Positions 10,801 to 23,399 of a stretch of DNA of 64,000 nt are shown here, piece after piece. The position numbers were made by a program, and so were the translations under genes. The stretch's first letter is position 1. The number at the start of each line of letters is the position of its first letter. This DNA comes from Yuukianura sp. NJ FZ-2021 (lineage: Eukaryota), in contig CM102290.1 of assembly GCA_046563655.1 (NCBI GenBank), positions 9,734,001 through 9,798,000 of the forward strand, read 5' to 3'. The notes below the pieces were generated by a model. The model was not told where the DNA came from and searched no databases. It was given only the letters and a program-made list of their open reading frames with translations.

Positions 10801-13800
10801 AACTAATTTGTAGCTTTTATTTAAGCATTTTTAGTTATATTATATTTTGTATATTTTATATTTATTCATATTTGAATTAATTTATTTCCGACAGGGCAAT
10901 ACAGAAACTGATGAAGAGGGAGTGGCAGCAGCTCTGCTTCCGCTCGCCACGAGTTTTTGTAGAAAACTTTGTACGGGTGTGATACAATTTGCATATTCAT
11001 GCATCCAAGTAAGTAACATTTGCGATAGATGAATTTCAAATTAATTACTATATATTTCAAATACTTTTTTTCCCCGAATTCTGTTTCCTAGGACTATCCG
11101 GTGTGGAAAAATCCGAGTTTCTGGGAAGACACTTTCTATGCAGACGTTCAGCATGACTTGGTGGATCTTTACAAGGCCAAACCTGGCAGCTCATCTTCAA
11201 TAAACCATGGCCAAGGTCAGGTCAACCATACGGAGGTGAGTCTAAAACAATCACAGAAGAATACGTAAACGTAGTTTTTGGGGGAAAAATTATTATGTAT
11301 TTTTTGGTTCATTTTGTTTCAGAGAATAAATGAGACTGAGAATACTATATTCAGTGCCTTGGAAATTGCTGCCGAGCAGCTCCGACTGGCTCCGACGATT
11401 GAACCTGAAAGACTTCGTGAGTTGGGTGTAAGCGATGAGCTAACCGTTGTGAGTCAAGCGATGCACTATGTCAATCGAATGGTGTACCTTCTGACACCGT
11501 TGGAAGAATCACAACTTCGGCATGCCAAAGAACATCATCATTATCATCACACCTCAATCAACACAGGAGATAATGTTTCGATGGTCGCAAGGTATTAAAC
11601 TTCAAAAGTCGTGTTTCAATTTCAACACATAACTGAACACATGACTGTGTTTTTAGTGTGGCTGAAAGCGATGATGTGGAGAGCATGAGAGAAGAACATG
11701 TCGTAGACGTAGGGGGAATGGTTACAAAAATTGTGGGAAGATTTGTTGATAAGGTAAGAATTTTGGTTTCAAAAAAATTCCAAAAATGAGTTTTTTTTTT
11801 ATCTATCGCAGGTTGCTTCTGAAGGGGGTGTAACGGAAGTTCATCTGCGGACGTTGAACAATCTCGTTCCGAGTGTAGTCGAGATGCATTTAGAGACGCT
11901 GGAAGCCGTTAGCCGTCAATTGAAACGACTCAAACCAATTCCAAAACCGCCAGTCCCAAGTCCACAATTTGTTCCAGGAGAAGAACTAGTAATGGAAAGT
12001 ATCCGAGCATTTTTGAATATCGACGGAAGGGAGTTTGGTGAAACCGTAGGCGGAACAGTATCTGACATTCCATCGAATCTGAACAAGTCTCCAATTCCGG
12101 CAGAAGGAGCCGTCTTCTTTACGAATTACAGAATTATTTTCAAGGGAAGCTCCATGGATCAAAACGGTAAGAATGGAGTTTACACTTTTATTTTCTCAAA
12201 TGTTAAACTCCGATCTCGAATTTTGAAGTTATATTTTACTTTCTTCTCCAGTGTCTATTCCGTACATTGTGAGGGCGTTGCCTATTGCAGCGATTACGAA
12301 GGAAAAGTGGAACAATGCCGCCATTGAATTTGGTTCAACAGCACAAGAAAAAGTCACAATTCGATCCGCGACATCCGAACTGCTCAAACTCGTTTTTGAT
12401 GAAGATGTAAGTGCAGAGACACTGGACACTTTTCGAAAAACGTTGCAGAAGCTCCGATACCCTCCAGATATTTTCAAGTATTTTGCATTTGTTGGACACG
12501 TCAATCCACCTGGATCTCCGTTTACTGTTGCCAAAGACAAGAATCAAACGCTGAAGTAAAAAAAAACCTAAAGGAATACTTTGTAATTCAGAACAAAAAT
12601 TAAGTTATGACATGTTTGTTTCCTTTTAGAGTTTTTGCCAAAAAGACGTTGTTGATGACCGCCAAAAAAGTTGGAGTGAAACCAAAAGGAAATGGAAAGA
12701 AGGCGAAGTATGCTTTGAAGGGTTGGGTGCCTGGAACCAGCGGAACGCTGCCATCGAATACTAAATATGGACAATCGGCTATGATTGGATCGCTTGGAGC
12801 GAATGATGGAGACGAAGGTTCTGGTAAGTTTGTTTCAAATAACATTTTGTGTCTGAATTGCACGTTCAAACGTTAAGTTGACGTTATTGGCGACGTTGGG
12901 TTTTCGAAACGTTTTTTTTGTTGTAAAGTTTGACTTTCAAATTCATTTTTCTGACTTCCGTGTGAAAAGATTTGTTTCACTTTACCCCAATTTCTTGCAT
13001 CAAAAGCGCCTGCATGCACTAAGCCTCAGTTTCTCTCAAATCGTCTTTCTTTGCATGAAAATTTAGTTTGCTTTTGTTTTAGATTAACGTCTAAGTTAGT
13101 ATCAAAGTTCGGAAGCATCAAGAGATTTATCAACTTTCATCATAATTGCTGAGCTTGTTAAACATTTTTTTTGGAAGATGGAAGCCCACCAGGATTCAGT
13201 ACTAAGTTTGCTGAACAAGCTTAAAGTATTTGTTTGTTTATGTTCTCCATGGCTGGAGTTGAGTCACGTTCAACAAAATTCTTAGGAAGTTGACAGTTTT
13301 GACCAAACTGAAAAAAAAATTCACTTCCTTCTTTTTTTTTGTCTCTCTTTCACTCACACTCTCACTCTCTTCTGTCGTTGTCCAGTGGGTTCCTGGAGTT
13401 CCCTTTCGGAAGGTAAAGATTTCGCTTACTTCTTTAAAATTTACACTAAAAAGTTTTTTTTTTTGTGGAAATGGGAGATTGGGATTTGGGAAATAGGTTT
13501 TTAATGCCACCGCTAAAGGTTGTTGTGCTGTGCATTAATTGTTTTATTTTTATAAAAAATATTTTTGGACTAATTTGGGTTTGGATTTGGTTTCAGATGA
13601 AGAATCAATGCATTCCACGGGAGCAGCGACGTTGACTCCAGTGTACCGAGATCTCATTCCACCCGAAGTCATTTCGTTTGAACGTCTCCTGGATCGACCT
13701 TATGCAAAAGATTGGAAGCGGATTGGATTTGGAACGCCGGTGAAACCGGGTTCATCGTCAACTGCCCAGTCAATTTTGAACAGAGCAGAGAACATGCGGT

Positions 13801-16800
13801 TCACATATGCGAATGCAAACTACGCCGTTTGTCAGTCATATCCAGCTCTACTGATTGTTCCACATTCTTTAACGGACGAATCTCTAAAACGATTGGCTGG
13901 AGGATACAATGCTGGCAAGGTTCCAGTGGTCACGTGGCGACATCCTACGACCAAAGCACTTCTCCTCAGAGGAGCTGCAATGAACTCGAGAGGATTCGCA
14001 CCAAGGGTTTTCGGAGGACAGAAAACGTCTGGTTAGTACAATCAGCTGATTGAAATTAATTGAAACTAATTAATTTAACTAAAATAATTGCAGTTTGTTC
14101 GTGAGTATAAGTGGATCATATTAGCATTTTGTATCACAGTGCCCCAGAAATTTAAAAGGAAAAACTTCACAACGGGGCAAAATGCTGATTTGTTGAATGT
14201 TGATTTAATTATATGTGGCTAATGTTTTTTTAGGAAGTGGCACTGGAGAAGGAGCTCAGCTAGATTTTGACAACTTCCTACGCTTCATTCTGAACGCAAC
14301 GCCGGCAAGTATGGCAAGATCAGGTTCTGTCGTTGGACTAATTGAAAGTGCTGAGCTTGGCGGAAGTTTGGAATCAGTGTTCAAACACTCTGGGAACAGA
14401 AGCAGTGGTCATGGACATGGTCATGGACATGCGCTGGAGTCTCTCCAGAACACACCAGATGTCGGCAGAAAAGGCAACCGACCAAAACATGCCATGGATA
14501 CACTTCGGAATGCAGCTACTGCTGTAGGGTAAGTGATTGTCTCTATTACTTGAGTATTTTGCGTATTTGAGTATTGATCGATTCTACCACTGACCTTTGG
14601 TTTTGCCTGGACTTGTAGAAATCAAGGGCAAAAGGGACTAAAGAATCTCAAGATCTGGGGCAATACGGTACTCCCAAAGAAATCTCCGCAAGGTACGCAA
14701 GTACCGAAGATGCAATTTCCACCAACTCCTGCCGGAGGGGGGAAGATGATTACTTACATTAGCAAGGAAGATGACATTCCAAGACCAGAACTACCACGAT
14801 TTCCTACTTTATATGTCTTTATTGACAAAGCAAAAGTTAAGGTAAGTAAAATGTTAGGCTAACGTAACCGTATCTGTTATCAACTTATTAGCCTAACTAA
14901 TTTCATGATTAACTAAATATTATACTAATTTTAATCAGCTACTTATGGTTAGTGCTTGTCTTATATTTTGATTTTTGTGTTTTAGTCCTGGAAGATGGAT
15001 TCGTGGTTGAAAGTTGATTACGTTGCGGTACATCAGAGTCTGGAATTGGGTAAAGTCAAAGCAGCATTCAAAGCACTGCAACGAGCCTGCGTACCGAGTA
15101 CTCCAATTCAGCGATCGGAGGACAGTTTTGTGAAAGCGATTGAGCGTTCTGGATGGTTGAAGCAAGTTCAGACGCTGATGCGGCACTCGGGAGCAGTTCT
15201 TGATCTCATGGATATTCAAGGGTCGTCAGTGATGTTATGTCTTGGAGATGGTGGTGATACAGCGGCTCAGGTAAAAATAAACTTACTAGCTTGTTTTTGT
15301 TACCAATTGGAAATCACAACGTTTTTCGGGTTTTTGAACTATTTGGTTTGTTTTGTTTGACGGTTACAGTTATCCTCTTTGGCTCAATTGTGTTTGGATG
15401 CATTCTACCGAACAATGGAAGGATTTACGGTTTTACTGGAAAAGGAATGGTTTGCATTCGGGCACAAATTTTCGGAGAGAAACGATGTGACTGGGATAGA
15501 TGGACATAAGAACAAAGACAACATTACACCAGTCTTCATTCAGTTCTTGGATGCTGTTCATCAGGTATTAACTATGTTTAATTAATAAAGTTAATTAATT
15601 AATTGATTAATGGGATATGTAATTAATTAGGTTATGCTATTTGGAAGATATTTCTATAAGGCATTGGGACCCTCCACAAAAGATAGTTTTCTCTTCCAAG
15701 TTTCATATTGCCCCAGTTTGTGTGTGGAAATTTGTTCAGTCTCGTCTCTCAATGTGTCAAAATGCCCCAGTGAAATGAGTGCACATAAATAGCACAGGAG
15801 GTGCCCAATCTTTTTAATTTCTGAATTAATTATTAATTCAAATTGTAATTGAAATTGCAGATCGTTCTGCAGTATCCAACGGCCTTTGAGTTCAATCTAA
15901 CATACCTAAAGTTCCTAGCGTATCATTCCGTGTCAGGCCGTTTTCGTAATTTCTTCTTGGATTCGGAATTTGAACGTATGACGGTCGGTTTTGTGTCTCT
16001 GGATGACAGACGAAATTCAATGAAGCGTCATGGAGAAGGGCCAGAGGCACCAGAAGGTGAAGGATCGTATGGTAAGAAAATTGTGACCTTGTTGTGATAG
16101 TTTTAAGTGCAACGTTCATTGTGTTTTGTTTTGTAATTTTAGTTGAGTCGTGTATGAATTTTGTCTCAGGGCGCCCCACTTCCAACGGAACTCAGCAAAA
16201 TCCAATGGGTGAAAACATCTTTGAGTACATTGCTAGAATCAATTCTGTTTCTGGACAATTCTATAACTTTGCCTATCAGAAAAGTATGGAATTCGAGGTA
16301 ATTTGAAACCTAAAAATACATTTTAGATTGTAAATAACTTTTTTTTAGTGACTGTTAAACGAGTTTTTGGTTTTCTTTTCTTTGTTTCTAAGGTCCTGCG
16401 TCCGTATTCAAATTACCCCAATATTGAGATCTGGGATTTCTTTACTGAAGATAATCTTGGATCTGGTTCACCTTATGATCTGGAAATTTGTTCTTCGCAA
16501 GAAGCTTTGCAGGCAGAAGCTGAAGCACTAACGACAGAAATGGAACGAAGAAGTATTGCAGATGGCTTTGTTCATCCTGAACTGATTCCGTCACGAAACG
16601 ATATCCGGGAGGTTGTAACTACTGGGTCCTCGTAAGGAACTTCCAAATTTTGTTACAAAATGAAAGACGGAAAGCGTATCTTAAGAAATGTGTCGTTTTC
16701 TTTTCGTAGTGTGGAATCAGCTGATCGTGCCTTTCCAGATGCAATTCACTACTATATCTCTGAAATCAACAAACTGGACTCTGCAATTGCAAGTGGATCA

Positions 16801-18400
16801 TCAAGAACACCGTGGACTTGGAGACAGTCGGATCCTGGAATGTCCAATCCGCTGGCAATGTCAATGTTTCCACCGAGAACGGCTGCTGAGCTACGTCGCC
16901 GTTCTCTGTCAACTGGGATGAAGTCATTGCTCTTCTACAATAATCCATCAACTCTTCAAGTCAGGCGAGATCAGCTGGCAATCCACAAGAAAGCGACTGT
17001 GGACATTCTTATTCAAGGAAAAGGTGGCAGAGGTTCCGAAATCAACACGACTGCGTCGTCGCACGCTTTCATCAAACGTCCGTTTACCTCTTTTGAAATG
17101 TGTGTTATCTGTGCAACTATTATGCTCGGCAAGGTAATTTTTTTGAATTTTAGCAAAGAAAACGTGTATTTGGTCAATACTAAATTCTTGTTCGACTGGA
17201 AACAGATTGGGTTACAGTGCAGTCAGTGTGGAGCGTGTTGTCACGAAAGTTGCGTAGAGTTCATTCCTGCGTGTTACATCACTCCAGGATTTTCTGCTCC
17301 GGATGATGTATCAGCCGTCGGCGGAGGACTTACGAATGCTGGATTCGGTAAAATACATGCTCCGTACTCCAGAATTTTTTTTGGAATCTTTCTAAGGAAG
17401 ACAATCATATAGAAATTTTGTTTTTGTCGTTGTATTTTAGGTACAATTGCGATGGGTGGCGTAATTCCTGACCCAGAGGCGTACTACCTAAGTTTCCGAT
17501 CGCATGCGATGGAGTCGGTGGCATTACAGGGATTTTTGTCCAAACGTGGTGCTTTACTGAAAGCCTGGAAACCTAGATGGTTTACTCTGGACACCGTCAA
17601 ACATGAACTTCGCTACTACGAATCTCAAGCGGATGTTACCCCCAAGGGGTGTATTGGTAAGAGTGAAAGCATTGTTTCGTCGTTTTTTAATGTTTGATCA
17701 TAGTACTACTTAACCTGAAAAAAAAACAAAACATTGGAGACTTTCTGCTGAGCAAAACATCGAAAGTTTTTGTAAATGTCTCACAATACCCCAAACCCAA
17801 ATTCGAAATCGTTAGAGCAATTACAGATGATAATATAACTAAAAAAATATTTAAAATTAATTCAAAACATTAATTTAGAGAAAAAGGTCAAAACTTTTTC
17901 GCTTTTTCTAAACGTCATTTGTTAAAGTACCTAATCTGAAATATTCTATACGTTGTTCCTTATATTGTTCAAACAATTTGAAATGTCGTTGGGGTAATGT
18001 GAGATTTTACAGAAACGTTTGTTGTTTCGCCAATCGCTCGGTATAAAAATTCCCATCAGGTTAGGTTGCTAGCAGTAGTACGTTCATTAGCTACCCGAAT
18101 GCTTGAAGACGCTAACTTGGATGCTTCGACTTTGTTTTAGATTTGTCGGAAGTCAAAAAGTGCGACTTCCAGGAGCCGGTTGTTCACGATCCCTTCGACG
18201 TTACTTACAAAACCATTTTTGAGGTTAGTTTGTTGAAAATTTCGAAACTTCATGTTAATTTGAAAAATTCTCCGCTGAAAATAATGTGACAACTTTTTCT
18301 TTAGTTGAAAACGTCGAAGAGAATCTACATTTTATGTGCCAAGACTCATCAGGAGGCCTTGGAATGGGTGGAGCGAATCCAAAGCCTTATAAGTGCATGA
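7833..18400 (+). CDS. Sbf: SET-binding factor / myotubularin-related pseudophosphatase (MTMR13/MTMR5 family): DENN modules, GRAM, inactive PTP, C1 and PH domains
   Basis: [11 protein letters not shown] near the start. DENN segments [21 protein letters not shown] and [15 protein letters not shown] segment [17 protein letters not shown]. Myotubularin motifs [44 protein letters not shown] and QYPTAFEFN. Degenerate active site [12 protein letters not shown]1 domain (HAF...CVIC...CSQC...HESC...C) and PH domain ([18 protein letters not shown]). Stop TGA at 18398-18400. Confidence 0.95.
13386..13412 (+). other. Candidate 27-nt in-frame cassette microexon of Sbf (VGSWSSLSE)
   Basis: Long pyrimidine tract then TCCAG|TGGGTTCCTGGAGTTCCCTTTCGGAAG|GTAAAG. 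Phase 1-1 matches the flanking exons (TCT G|gtaag at ~12823 and tttcag|AT GAA at ~13596). Confidence 0.65.
15663..15809. repeat. Short inverted-repeat-bounded intronic element (possible degenerate MITE)
   Basis: ATTGGGACCCTCC (15663-15675) matches the reverse complement of GGAGGTGCCCAAT (15797-15809) at 11/13 positions. Internal TGCCCCAG motifs recur at ~14142 and, inverted, at ~63977. Confidence 0.35.
17706..18078. mobile_element. Palindromic MITE-like element in an Sbf intron
   Basis: Termini TA|CTACT...AGTAG|TA, with TAACCTGA / TCAGGTTA just inside. About 70-nt imperfect inverted arms: GCAAAACATCGAAAGTTTTTGTAAATGTCTCACAATACCCCAA (~17751-17820) versus TTGGGGTAATGTGAGATTTTACAGAAACGTTTGTTGTTTCGC (~17963-18030). 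Confidence 0.7.
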
Positions 18401-20078
18401 ACGAAGAGGCCAATCAATCCAATAATTCAAAAACAAAATCAGCTACAACTTAATCGTAAACTTCAATCTCTACATCAGTGTTGCCGTAGTATTACTTAAG
18501 GGAGAAGATACTTTGTCATGTGCCTTGGCCGATTACTAAGAAGATTGAGAGGTCAAGTCAATCACGTCGTGTTCAAAATTTCGAAAGCTGGAGGTCACTG
18601 ATGTCACCTCCAAAAAGAAACTGTAAGGAAGGCTAGTGCCTAAAACTCATTCCAAGAACGACAGACTCTCAAACTCAAAGCATTTAACTACTCTTCTGTA
18701 CTGCAATCATTTTGCGTTGTCAAAATGATGGTTAATTGTGCCTTCAAATTTTTGTGTATTCCAATTCAAGAGGAAGGGCGTTTTTCAACAAAAAACGTAT
18801 TTCAAAGTACGTTTTTTCTTCGAAAAATTTGTTGTCTTTTTTCCTTCCTCTGTATTCCTAAATTTTCAAAATTTTTAGAAAGAAAAAAATTGAAGGTGAA
18901 GTGATGGTATCATTGGTGGATAATGCTCGTTTGCGCACACTCTCTCGGTTTGTAGTAGCTGACAGTACTGGTACTATCAATTATCAATTAAGTTTAAAGA
19001 ATTTGTAGGAATTATTAATGATGGATCTCACGCTTGTAGGAGAAGAACTAGGATGCGCTGCGCAGTATTTTTTTGAACGGACTGCGTATGCGAGGGTTAA
19101 CATATCCAAACGAACGGGTTAACGCGTGACGGAGGCTTATGAGAAGTAATGGCTAATCAGGTTTAGCAGCAGCGTATCCTTAACTTGTCAAGAAGCTCAG
19201 CTTGTGATTGGCTGGATCCAAGACAAAGAGAACAAATTAGGGTTAAGGGGTAGTCGAAAGTTAAGTTTAAAGTTAATTTTAATTGCAAACAGTTAAAGTA
19301 ACTTCTGCCTCAAACACACCGTGATCTTTCGTACAATTCATTTTTTTTAAATTCTTTTGAATTTTGAAATGTTTTTTTTTCAGACTGGCTTTTTTTGAAG
19401 TATTGCTCAGGAACTTTTGGTTAGGAATTTAGAACGAGAGCATTTTTCCAAAAGTTTATTTCTCATTGCTTCTTCTCAAAGTTATTAGCTGGGTTGTGTG
19501 AGCATGACCTTTGAACCCCAAGGTCAGCTTGACCCGAAAGGTGAAAGGTCAATTTGACCAAGTCAAACTGCTCTCCCACGTATTTGCTTATACTCACACC
19601 AAGTCCCTCCCATAATTCCAAGTCTTTTTAATTTAAATTCTGGTCAGGACAAAACAGCTTGATATTTTGTGTATTTTATAATTTTTTTTTAAATTAATCA
19701 CGAACGTATGGAAAGTTTTTAGAAAAATTGATGTCGGTTAATCCTATGAGTTGGGATGCTCGATATGAGTTTTACAAAATATTCTTGTGATCAATCAATT
19801 AATGATTAAAATTACGTATGCATTGTTATGTAATTGTTGCACGTTAATAGATATTAATTTGAAATTTAAGGGTTCCAGGGCGGTTTTATGCGAGTGATTG
19901 TTATTGTTTTGAAGGGAGGAGTGGGTTAATCTACTTAAAAAATGGAAGCAATGACAAAATACTCAAACATCAAACATAGACCAAATCAATATGTTAATTA
20001 ATTAGTAATGAAAGTTAACTTAATTTATTAAATGAATGATGATCCTCTCTTGCCAAGAGGTGACAATAACTTGTCTGC

Positions 20079-20228
20079 AATAAAATGAAAAAGGTCAAAG
20101 TGCCTCTGAAAAACGATTTTCGAAATTTGGATTCATTGAGTTTCTTATTTCCTAAATATTTCCAGAACTACTAATTAAGTAATTGTTATTATAATAATTA
20201 TTGTAGTTGAGATTATAACGGTTCAGTT
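20079..20228 (+). promoter_or_regulatory. Candidate Sbf polyadenylation signal (AATAAA 20079-20084) followed by an arthropod-type initiator TCAGTT (20223-20228) for Rab9
   Basis: Motif matches at the expected positions between two tandem plus-strand genes. There is no transcript evidence. Confidence 0.35.
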
Positions 20229-20762
20229 AATCCATCCAGAGAGTACCAGGGACTTCTGCTTCGACGCGAGTCAGATTAAGATCATATGTTTTTTGTTCTC
20301 TGGGTTTGGAATTTGATCTTGGATTTTTTTTTATCCCATTTTGCTCTTCCTTTTGCTAATTGTCAATCTTTCGTCTTCCTGATATCCATTCTAATAAGCA
20401 AAGAGGAGGTGTCAATTTGCTGATTAGTTAATTCATTTACAACACTAACGTGATTACCAAGGAAAGCCAAGGACGGGATTTTCAGTGATTCATTTCTCTG
20501 GTGCGTTGCACTCAGCTGGACATGCAAATACTGCTGTAGGAGATCACGACCACTAATTAACTTTTGGTACTCCAAGGAACGATTTGTTGACGCCCACATG
20601 TAACCCACTTTGACGAGGAGTATGGTCAGTTACATGGTTAATTAGTTGTTTAACTGTTGACGCTACTAAAAAGACAGTAAGTTACACAAATCTTAGTCTA
20701 CGAATAAAACAAGGATATGCCATATTTAACAGATGATTGATAATTGTTTTTAGAAGTCAAAG

Positions 20763-21508
20763 ATGAGTCGAAGCGGATTGCCAATTGGAGGATCTTCTTC
20801 AAACGTTGCTCCGAAAAACATTCTCCTGAAATGTGTCCTTCTGGGTGACGGAGGCGTTGGGAAGAGTTGTATCATGAGTCGTTTCGTTTCAAATCGTTTC
20901 GATGCTCATTCGTTTCATACCATAGGAGTCGAATTTCTCAATAAGGAAATCGAAGTAGGAGGTCAAACATATACACTCCAGGTATGTGCCAAGATGATGA
21001 TTAGTTGATTTGGTTCATCTTTTATTCTGTTCCTTTTGAACTATAGATCTGGGATACTGCAGGACAAGAACGTTTCAAGTCTCTCCGTACTCCATTTTAC
21101 CGCGGAACTGACATTTGTCTCCTTACGTTCTCCCTCGAAGACCGCCAAAGTTTTCAAAATCTAGCGACATGGCGAGAAGAATTTTTGTACTACGCTGATG
21201 CATCTGACAAGGACACCTTCCCCTTCATTGTCCTCGGTAACAAAGTGGACATTGAGCCAGAAAAGAGGGAAATAGCATACGAAACTGTTCTGGACTGGTG
21301 TGGAGCCAATGGAAACATGCCCTACGTCGAGACCAGTGCCAAGGATGCCACCAATATCCAGTTAGCGTTTGTTTCGGCCTTAGAACGTTGGTCGAAATTA
21401 GAATCCAGACAAGAAAAACCTTACACTGGCCAGACCGTAAACTTAGGCAACCGAGGAGACCAGTCCGCGGGTAGAACAGAGAGTCAATTTTGCTGCTTCA
21501 CCAACTAG
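20763..21508 (+). CDS. Rab9: Ras-related protein Rab-9
   Basis: Two exons (20763-20981 and 21047-21508). GDGGVGKS P-loop, FHTIGVEF, IWDTAGQERFKSLRTPFYRG (Rab9 signature), NKVD, ETSAK and a C-terminal CCFTN prenylation motif. Confidence 0.95.
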
Positions 21509-22550
21509 AAAACTACAATAATGCGACGATGGAATGAAACCGTTTTTGGGACGAAACGAAATCTGAAGAATCTGTTATATAACTTCCATGTGATATTTAC
21601 AAAAACAAAATCGATCATTTTAAAGTTTTCTCGCAATGCAATTTTAAACACCTTATGTCTACTAAATTCATTTTCGTCTATTTTATTTAGATTTAAGGGA
21701 CCTTAGACACACACTGACTCATCTTGGACACTGTACTATGCATACACTCTCCAAAACATTCATAGCACGTTCGGAATACGTAAATTTCACGTATTTTTAA
21801 TAAATAATTAATTCAATTTTATACTGAAACATGTAACTATGTTCTTTACTTGATTTGTTTCTTTCCACTGATACCCTGCATGCAAGTTGTTATACATCGT
21901 GGATAGTAAAAGTTGTAAGTGTTAATAAGTAAATGATGCGGTAATCAGTGAATTATTCAAACGATTTTGGACGATTTTAGTTTAAGTTTAAGTTAAGTTG
22001 TGAATTATTATTGTGCTATTGTTTACAATTTATTTCATTTTTTAATTTATCATTTACTGTTTACGTACGTTTACGATATCTTCTTCTTCGCCATTTTTAA
22101 ATTTTATATCTCGAGAAGGAAAACGTTAAAGATCTCTTCGGGAAAAACTTTCAAAAAATGTGAAAAATTTTAAATATTGAAAATTCCAAAATCCAACCAC
22201 AATTTTTTCGTCATCTATGCTTTGCTTTGTTACCCTGATGCCCATGCGCGGGGTTTTCTTTGTTTGCAGTTTGCTGTGAGTGTGGGAGGATTTTCTTATT
22301 CCCACCCACTCGCAAGACAGAGCGCAGAGATGAAAGGCCAACCGTTGACCTGACCTGTCATCCTTCTTCCAACACTACTAATTAAAAGAAGGACCTTGTA
22401 CTATCTCGACTCTGGAAATTAGGGACGGTTTGACATCACATTGTTTCCGCTGGACTTTGTGTCATTCATCGACATCTTTGGGACAAGGGTAAGCAGAATT
22501 CAGATCAATAAGTCACTCTCGTAATTTGATCGGCTGATTTTGTGTTTCAG

Positions 22551-22913
22551 ATGACCGGTCGCTACCCTTCCACCGGTCGTCAGACACTGACGACTCCATC
22601 ATCGATTGTGTCGCATTACGCATACGAGGGCTGCAGTTCCGGCAATGTCTCAAGCATTTCGCCAACATGGTTCGACCTGGAAAACGACTGGCAGTATGTG
22701 GGATACGTATTGCGTCCGATTACCGCCGCTATCAATGCCACACTCGACAAGATTCTCACTCGTAAGAATCCAACTCCAGCACCGGCTATTCCAGATGCGC
22801 CTCCTAGCGGTACATTTCGTGATTGCCCGACGATGCTGGCCTACAAAGTGGCAAGTCTTGGTGCTATTGGAATCGGTACACTGGCCATCATGTCATGGAA
22901 GGCACTTTCCTGA
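22551..22913 (+). CDS. Uncharacterised 120-aa protein with a C-terminal hydrophobic anchor
   Basis: The ATG sits directly after a clean intron (AGG|GTAAGC at 22489 ... TTTCAG| at 22550). An in-frame stop in the upstream exon makes this ATG the start. The ORF is GC-richer than its flanks and ends in VASLGAIGIGTLAIMSWKALS. Confidence 0.65.
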   Translation: MTGRYPSTGRQTLTTPSSIVSHYAYEGCSSGNVSSISPTWFDLENDWQYVGYVLRPITAAINATLDKILTRKNPTPAPAIPDAPPSGTFRDCPTMLAYKVASLGAIGIGTLAIMSWKALS

Positions 22914-23399
22914 ACACCAGTCTCACAAATTAACTCAACGTCATCACACAAATTCCTCAAAATCATAATCTAACCAATACTGAAGTCAGGTATGCTATGC
23001 CGGAGATGGCCAATAGTAAGGAAAAATTATGTCAAAAGTACTTGCGTTGATCATGTAGTATAATCAAAGATATTGAAAGAAAGGCTTGAATCACAATTGT
23101 AAAACGCATTGTTCTTATGAGTAAACTACAAACTTCTTCTTAAAAATTCAATAGCCACGATTTGTCACATTGTACAATATTTCGTAATTTTTGTAAAATT
23201 GGATTTAAAACTATTTTGCATTAGATTTATTCAAAATTATTTGTCAGCCTTGTCCCTTTTCCTTTTGTAGTCCCCCTGACTTTGGACGGAAATTCACCGT
23301 TATGTTCTGTGACATTATTTTAAAGCTTCCGTTTTCAATTAATTAAAGTTTTCAATTAACTAATTACTAATATGATTGAGATTGCCACTAGGGGATAAG

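Noticed and set aside
19174..19184. GTATCCTTAAC, resembling both a U12 donor and a U12 branch site
   Set aside because: It lies in the presumed Sbf 3' UTR, the two motifs overlap, and there is no partner splice site, so it is most likely chance.
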